Shown here: positions 57,716 through 64,000 of the stretch, piece after piece | Layout of the letters: every line of letters starts with the position of its first letter | Position numbering within the stretch: position 1 is the stretch's first letter | Assembly: GCA_964016885.1 (NCBI GenBank) | Contig: OZ024751.1 | Span: forward strand, 5,394,001 to 5,458,000 | Length of the DNA stretch: 64,000 nucleotides | Direction: 5' to 3' | Source of the DNA: Eledone cirrhosa | Taxonomy: Eukaryota | Notes under the pieces: generated by a model | Told to the model about the DNA's origin: nothing | The model's input: the letters and a program-made list of their open reading frames with translations, nothing else | Databases searched by the model: none | Translations under genes and position numbers: made by a program

Positions 57716-57824
57716 CCAACTAGAGGTATATGATTTTGAAAGCGATGAAATAACAATGAAGGTTGGAAGATCACTGATGAAGGACTAATTTTATTCATAT
57801 GTAACCCATGTGCAACCACGCAGC
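57716..57824 (+). other. ~110-bp dispersed motif with a predicted pseudoknot (copy 1)
   Basis: Homologous to 63051-63158; pairings are kept despite substitutions. Confidence 0.5.
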
Positions 57825-58123
57825 ACTCCATTCTTCTCATATTTATATTTTTTCCTCAGCTGCGATTGTCTGTTTCTTTCTTACTGCTTCCCCCCTCTCT
57901 CTGTATCTCTCACCTTCTTTTACCCCCTCCGTCAATCACACTCCTAACTGACTAACCTCAGTGTCACGTGATTGATTCTTTAGAATCCACCACTGACCAG
58001 AGGCAGTGGACTTTTTCAGTGCTATGGAATTTAGTCCCCGCTAGCTTATTACATCCACTGAATTATTATTTTTATATGGGTTCCTAGTGTCCGCGCATTG
58101 CCTGGGAACTTAGCTGAGAATAG

Positions 58124-58205
58124 ACTCCCTGATGACGTAATGAATTCTCGATAGTTACATTGTGTAACTATATTTATCCCATTACAAAAACTAATTAGTT
58201 GGAGT
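58124..58205 (+). ncRNA. Hammerhead, second copy of the 35553 family, with GAAA>AAAA
   Basis: ACTCC CTGATGA cGTAATG..CATTACa AAAA CTAATTAG TT GGAGT. Confidence 0.7.
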
Positions 58206-58263
58206 GAAAATTTTAGTAAGTAAGTTAATTTTTAATTTTTAAAATTTTCTTATTTTACGTCTT

Positions 58264-58332
<69 letters not shown>

Positions 58333-58376
58333 GTTATGTAATAAACGACATAAGTTCATTATTTCATTTACGAGTG

Positions 58377-58524
58377 CCATGCTTTCCAGCATGGTTACGT
58401 CCCTTTACGATCTGAGTTCAAATTCCGCCGAGGTTGACCTTGCCTTTCATCCTGACGGGGTCGATAAAATAAAGTACCAGTAATGCTCTGGGTAATTACT
58501 GGCCTTGTGCCTAAAGTAGAAACA
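58377..58524 (+). mobile_element. 5'-truncated SINE with a 19-bp target-site duplication
   Basis: ATTATTTCATTTACGAGTG at 58358-58376 and 58525-58543. Confidence 0.85.
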
Positions 58525-58619
58525 ATTATTTCATTTACGAGTGGTTTCTTAGAGACAGATATTTATATCTGTCTTCAGTCGTCGGAATGAATAACATAGA
58601 ATACATAGATTCTATGTTA

Positions 58620-58681
58620 TTCATTCTGACGACTGAAGACAGATATAAATATCAGTCCTCAAGAAACCACTGGTAAATGAA
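58620..58681 (+). ncRNA. Hammerhead ribozyme, canonical core
   Basis: TTCATT CTGACGA cTGA.GAC.GATAT..ATATC.GTC.TCAa GAAA CCAcTGG TA AATGAA; a mutated mirror copy lies in the left arm. Confidence 0.85.
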
Positions 58682-58772
58682 ATAATTATCTTATGTTTTT
58701 TATTACGTAACTAAAAAGCACTGTAGCCTACATAGAGCACTCTATTTTCCTTTACCTTTCCTAAGGAAATAC

Positions 58773-58805
<33 letters not shown>

Positions 58806-58823
58806 TCACATTTATTATTATTA

Positions 58824-58916
<93 letters not shown>

Positions 58917-58917
<1 letters not shown>

Positions 58918-59091
58918 CGAAGGAGGTGTCGTAAGGAACCAGATGGACAATAACGCACCAGAGTACTCAATACTTAGGGTAGTAGAGTGGATAATAGGAA
59001 AATGTTTCACCCCGACGGCAGAGCTCAAGCCGTTTCGACGGCTATTTCTCGTCGAAACGGCTTGTGCTCTGCCGTCAGGGTCAAACATTTT

Positions 59092-59096
<5 letters not shown>
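58917..59096. mobile_element. PLE-type 3' end with a head-to-head fold-back centred in hammerhead stem II
   Basis: Arms 58994-59040 and 59050-59096, each GTC-GAAA-CGGC..GCCG-TC; flanked by (TA)n. Confidence 0.75.
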
Positions 59097-59135
<39 letters not shown>

Positions 59136-59138
<3 letters not shown>

Positions 59139-59881
59139 AAAAAAGAAAATTTCGCTCAACATAGCTCAATACAATAAATGTAATCTGAGTTTTTCGAATA
59201 TTAATAATTGTTTCTATTTTTAGGCAGAAGGCCAGCAAATTACCCAGTACATTGCTGGTACTTTATTTTATCGACCCCGTAAGGATGAAAGGCAAAGTTA
59301 AGCTCGGCGGATTAATAATAACATCCGATTCGTTTGCAATTATGCAAACAAGCCTCAATTTTATAGCCATGTCAGTAGAATGAACACTTCATTCTTCCTC
59401 TTGTGTTGGCATGCGAACAGAACTGCAGATTCAAATGTTTGTGGGTATCACCCCTCATCAATACAGCTCACTGTTCACCTGCCAAACTGTCAGGGCTAGT
59501 GAAAATATATGCTATTTTCAAAAATACACAGTGGCTGATTGGCCTGATTTGCATGTTAGCAGACTGGCTATAAAATTGAGGGTTGTTTGCATAATTGCAA
59601 ACGAATCGAATGTTATTTTTAATAGGTGAATTGGCAGTATCGGTAGAGGGTTGGACGCCATGCTTTCTAGCACAGTTACATCCCTTTACGGTTTGAGTTC
59701 AAATCCCGCTGAGGTTAACTTTGCCTTTCATCCTTACGGGGTCGATAAAATAAAGTACCAGTAATGAACTGGGTAATTGCTGGCCTTGTGCCAAAAGTAG
59801 AAACAATTATTAATATTCGAAAAAATCAGATTACATTTATTGCATTCAGCCATGTAGAGCGAAATTTTCATTTTTATTTGA
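59136..59881. repeat. Fold-back/MITE-like structure with SINE sequence in both arms
   Basis: 59136-59310 pairs with 59705-59881; 59311-59369 pairs with 59565-59623; ~200-bp spacer. Confidence 0.8.
59625..59805 (+). mobile_element. Full-length tRNA-derived SINE
   Basis: Head, B-box and core as at 31623. Confidence 0.85.
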
Positions 59882-60124
59882 ATTCGGCAAAGCCGGCCAT
59901 TTATCGCTCGTATACAGGAAACTGACTGGACAGTCTGCTGATATGCATATCTGGCAGATCAGTGGATCTGCTAATATGCAGATCTGACGGATCGTATGTA
60001 AGTACCAAACGGCTGGACCAAACGGCACCAAATTTGCACCATAGATGTAACTTTTTCCAAGTAAGAAAGTGAGCGTAGTTTTGTCTACTGAATTTTGTTA
60101 AAAGATTAAAGACATTATTTAATT

Positions 60125-60345
60125 ATTCACTTCTTTAAAATTTTCAAATGTCAACACTTCCGGTAATACGACATTTCTAACGTCTTCACGAACCAAAGTA
60201 TCATCTTCCTGTTTTCTTTCGGTTGTAACGTTTTTCGAAATATTTACTTCTGCGTTCAGATTAATTTTTTTAGTTTCAGAGATCCCGTTAAGGGGGAAAG
60301 GAGCGATTCTTTGCTTAAACTTTAATCAGTTATTTTAATATATAT
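60125..60345 (+). mobile_element. Fragment of the Naiad pLTR family
   Basis: Matches 15880-16050, including the hammerhead-like motif. Confidence 0.7.
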
Positions 60346-60526
60346 AATTATATATTCGTGTACATATATTCCTGCATACACAAAAACAAAATATAAACAG
60401 ACGTATTTATTTCACGAAAGCACAGAGGGCTTATCGTCATTGTTACTGCCGAGATGCCACCCAAAAATTCCTAGACTGACCGCAAGATCAGATTTTCCAG
60501 AAGAAAAAATGTTACTAGAGCAACAC

Positions 60527-61483
60527 AGAGACTAAGTTTCGCGATTACCATCAACAAAGCTCAAGATCAAACCCTAAAAGTGGCTGGCCCTCATCTGGGA
60601 AAACCATGGTCAATTGTATGTAAGATGCTCTAGGTTGAGCTCGCCAAACAATCTTTTCATTTTTGCTCCCGAGGGACAAACAAAAAATATTGTATACTCT
60701 GAGGCTCTAACAATATAATTTACGTATTTTCTGTTACTTGGAATTTCCATTATGGTTGTACAAATAATTGTAATGTTTGTTAAAAAATTTGTTCTCTGTT
60801 CAACCTTTATTGTTGTAACTATTAATTTTCTTTAACGTACTGGCTGAGAAAAGAAACCTACAATGAAAGAACATTTTAAAGTTTACCCAAGCCAAATGTT
60901 GTATTTATTAACATTTCTATCTGCAGGTTCTTATCAAGCTTACTGGCGCTTTAGTATGGTATTCAATTCTCATATCGTTTTTGATTGATATGGTGCATAT
61001 ATCGCTGCTATTCATATGTTTTAAACATTAGAAAACGATTGCTGATGTATATTGTACGACAGAATTAGCTGAAAAATATTTTGAATGAACAAATAAAAGA
61101 GATATAAAAGAGAGATGTTTGTTGGTTGGTTCCTTCGCGTATCACACGAAAAAAAAACGGAAAGTGATAATCGGAAAGTATGTACATGATTGGGATAAGA
61201 GTATATCCAGGAAAGTTTATTGATACTAATTATATAACACCAAAGAAGAAGAAAGACATACCACGTATGCTAACCAGCCTGACTGCTATTTCTAGCAGGT
61301 TGGGAATCAACCATAAAGGATTCTCTCTGCGAGTTCGTTGACACTGATGATCGTGTTTCGCGGCCTATGTCTCCGATTCCAACGGTTGTTTACACACACA
61401 CATATACACACGCACACACGCACACACACGGACACCCACACAGGCACACACACACACATATATATATACACACACATATATAT

Positions 61484-61534
<51 letters not shown>

Positions 61535-61641
61535 AACATACACACACACACACACACAATACACACACACTATAAACAAGACAATGCATTCGTTTTCTCT
61601 TATCATTTGTTAACCTTGGCGAAGCTGGGTACCTCAGCTAG
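60527..61641 (+). mobile_element. Helitron 3' part: Pif1 helicase C-terminus (60527-60718) and terminus
   Basis: RLSFAITINKAQDQTLKVAG..HGQLYVRCSR..TKNIVYSEAL; hairpin ACCTTGGCGAAGCTGGGT followed by CTAG|T at 61638-61642. Confidence 0.8.
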
Positions 61642-63015
61642 TTGTATATACGTTACTTATTTCGTGTATTAGCTTGATGAACTCAATACAATCATTCAGA
61701 TCTCTTACAATGTAATAAATGTAATAACAGATCTCTTACAATGTAATAAAGAAACGTTAGAAGCCCAACAACTAGCGACATGAACATGCCTCATACACAA
61801 ACATTGCTGATATATGTTAAATATATTATAAGCAAGTTAACATGGGGTGTAGGGTGTGTGGGGTGTGTAAGGGTGTAGGGGTGTAGACTTGATTTTCCAG
61901 AGGTTTACCCATAAAAGGTGTTACAGTTTAAATACACACAAGGTTAGTCTATCGATATTACTCACACAACGTCAATCGATTCCATTTATGGTAATTTCAT
62001 TTCAAAGACGACCTAATTATTCCAAATATGTCATATATCATTTTTAAACCTCAATATCAGAAACATAAATGAACATGTTATACATTAATATTCATATTAA
62101 CTTATATGAATATGTTGAATTATAATAAGTTGTGATAAGTTTCAAATATATCTTTAGCATGTTTAGCTCAGTGAATATTGTCGGTAACGTAGTTCTTTCT
62201 GGAGTTTGAGTTAAATCGATCAATAATTCATGACAGAACTGATACAAGTCGATTTCCAAAGACGGCACGTATCTAACTCAATTGATTAGACAATTATCTC
62301 GATCAGAGATTATAAGCAGGTAACTAATCATGTATCTTAAGAACCTATCATACACGCTAAAGTAATTTTTCAGACACAGTATATTGTCATAGGCAAATCA
62401 TTCCTTCGCGTTCAGAATCGATTAGATAACTAACATAAAGGTCGAAGCAGATTAATAGGAGAAATGTGTATTTGACAATAGAAGTTCAGTGTTTATGTTG
62501 GCGGTGCAGAAGAAGAACTTCTATTTACAGTATCTAATCCAGAGCTCTGAGTTTGAAAGCTGTCGGCGCCGATATCACTGCATTGTCAATGATATATGTA
62601 ATAACCATCCCTTTTTGTTTGCCACAAGGTCCAACAAAAAGGGGACAATACAGTAGACAGGGACAGTAGACAGGGACTTTGAAATCGAGTAGGAAGAAAT
62701 TAAAAAAATAACAATAAACAAAAAAAGTACGACAATAAAAATTCCCCATTGGGGAGAGGACCACCTAGGGTTCAATAATATAAAAATGTATAACCTTTTC
62801 CTCTGTGTCAAACGAAAGCGACTTTTTGCCAAAGGTGTTCTTAAATTGTAAGTAGATGTCCTGGAATGTAGACGTTAAACAAGAAATGGGTATTCTTAAA
62901 TGTTATATTCATATCAGAAATGAGAGGACTCCGTAACGACAGTATTTGTCTATCTTTCTGTACCCCCTATCTCACCCCGCTTATCTCTCCCCCTCCCCCT
63001 CTCTCTCTCTCTTTG

Positions 63016-63050
<35 letters not shown>

Positions 63051-63052
<2 letters not shown>

Positions 63053-63158
63053 AACCTGAGGCATATGGCCCTTAAAGCGATGAAATGCCTGGGACGGTTG
63101 GAGGGTCACTGATGAAGGACTCACTTTTTCATATGCACCACCATTTGCAACGGGCAGC
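63051..63158 (+). other. ~110-bp dispersed motif with a predicted pseudoknot (copy 2), next to (TA)n
   Basis: Helices CCAACC/GGTTGG, GCATATG/CATATGC, GGCCCT/AGGGTC. Confidence 0.5.
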
Positions 63159-63637
63159 CATCATTATTATCATATATATATATATATATATATAATACAT
63201 TAACAGAGAAAGCCATTAGCGATGCTCCGACCAATTTCCAACTCACTCAACAAACATTAGGAACTACCGCAGTATATTCTCAATTATACGTTTGGGGTGC
63301 TAACTATATTGTATTGTGTGGATAATCGGCTGTATTATTTTATATGAGACTTAATATATATATATATATATATATTCAACAATAATTGTTACTTCAACAC
63401 ATGATTTTTGTATGTATGTTCTTCTGATTTTATAATTGCACAAATTTTTGCCAATAGAGAGAGAGTCGGTTTCAAACATAGATACAAGACTCGCTCATTG
63501 GAATTTACATATCAACTAGGTAGATATGTATGTATGTCTGCATGCATGTGTGTGCAGGTATGGATGTAATTTATGTGTGGATGTGTATGCTTTAAGTTGT
63601 ATGTGTGCATGTGCATATGCTTTGTATCTGTACAAGT

Positions 63638-64000
63638 CTATATGCAGTTATTAGATGCAGAATTTTGGAATGTTTTAGATATTTTTAATGTTCCATTAAT
63701 GGATTGTACTTGTAATTTCCTAACTAGTTGTGTTCTTTCTGTTTCTATGAAGCCCAGCTTCTCAAGATTTGTATTGAGGCAGTTACTAACATATCCCAGT
63801 GCTCCAATAATCACAGGAATAAATCTGAAGGTGTAATCGGAGTGGAGTATCTGCAGATTTCTCATTAGTTCTGCATAGATATTATCGTTTTCATTAAATG
63901 TTGGATATTATATTGGTACCTGCTGGGCAGCTAACTTCCACTACTGCGCATGATTTCTTCTCCCTGTCCCATATCATAATATCTGGTTTGTTATGCCTGC
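63638..64000 (-). pseudogene. R4/Dong-like non-LTR retrotransposon, RLE endonuclease C-terminus (runs off the window end)
   Basis: RHNKPDIMIWDREKKSCAVVEVSCP..(frameshift)..YAELMRNL..FIPVIIGALG..LQVQSINGTLKI; followed by a microsatellite tail. Confidence 0.8.

Larger units (their letters stand above)
58330..58714. repeat. Fold-back element (loop 58603-58608); left arm interrupted by a SINE
   Basis: Arms pair across the SINE insertion. Confidence 0.85.

Noticed and set aside
57716-63158. Assigning the two-copy motif as hammerhead, pistol, twister or HDV-like
   Set aside because: Partial word matches only; helix order and catalytic positions did not fit by eye.

Overview
AT-rich animal DNA, probably an octopod cephalopod (inferred from recalled octopus-like SINEs and dense (TA)n tracts). 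I found no host protein-coding gene; nearly all listed ORFs are microsatellite or satellite read-throughs. The window holds: a near-complete Neptune-type Penelope-like element (PLE) with ~1.4-1.5 kb inverted pLTRs (1707-6886); two Naiad-type PLE remnants; three Helitrons, one with both canonical termini and a decayed RepHel; Gypsy, RTE, CRE and R4/Dong-like fragments; tRNA-derived SINEs; several minisatellites; and an ~18-kb 46-bp satellite with a ~2.2-kb higher-order repeat. The main signal is a dense set of hammerhead ribozymes from at least 7 sequence families (plus 2 degenerate candidates). Most sit in short non-coding elements next to (TA)n tracts, often as fold-back duplications whose 5' breakpoints fall in hammerhead stem II. 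One is a 444-bp retrozyme-like monomer present as more-than-unit-length, head-to-head concatemers. A two-copy pseudoknot-like RNA motif (57716 and 63051) matches no class I can assign. All structures were folded by eye; no database searches were run.
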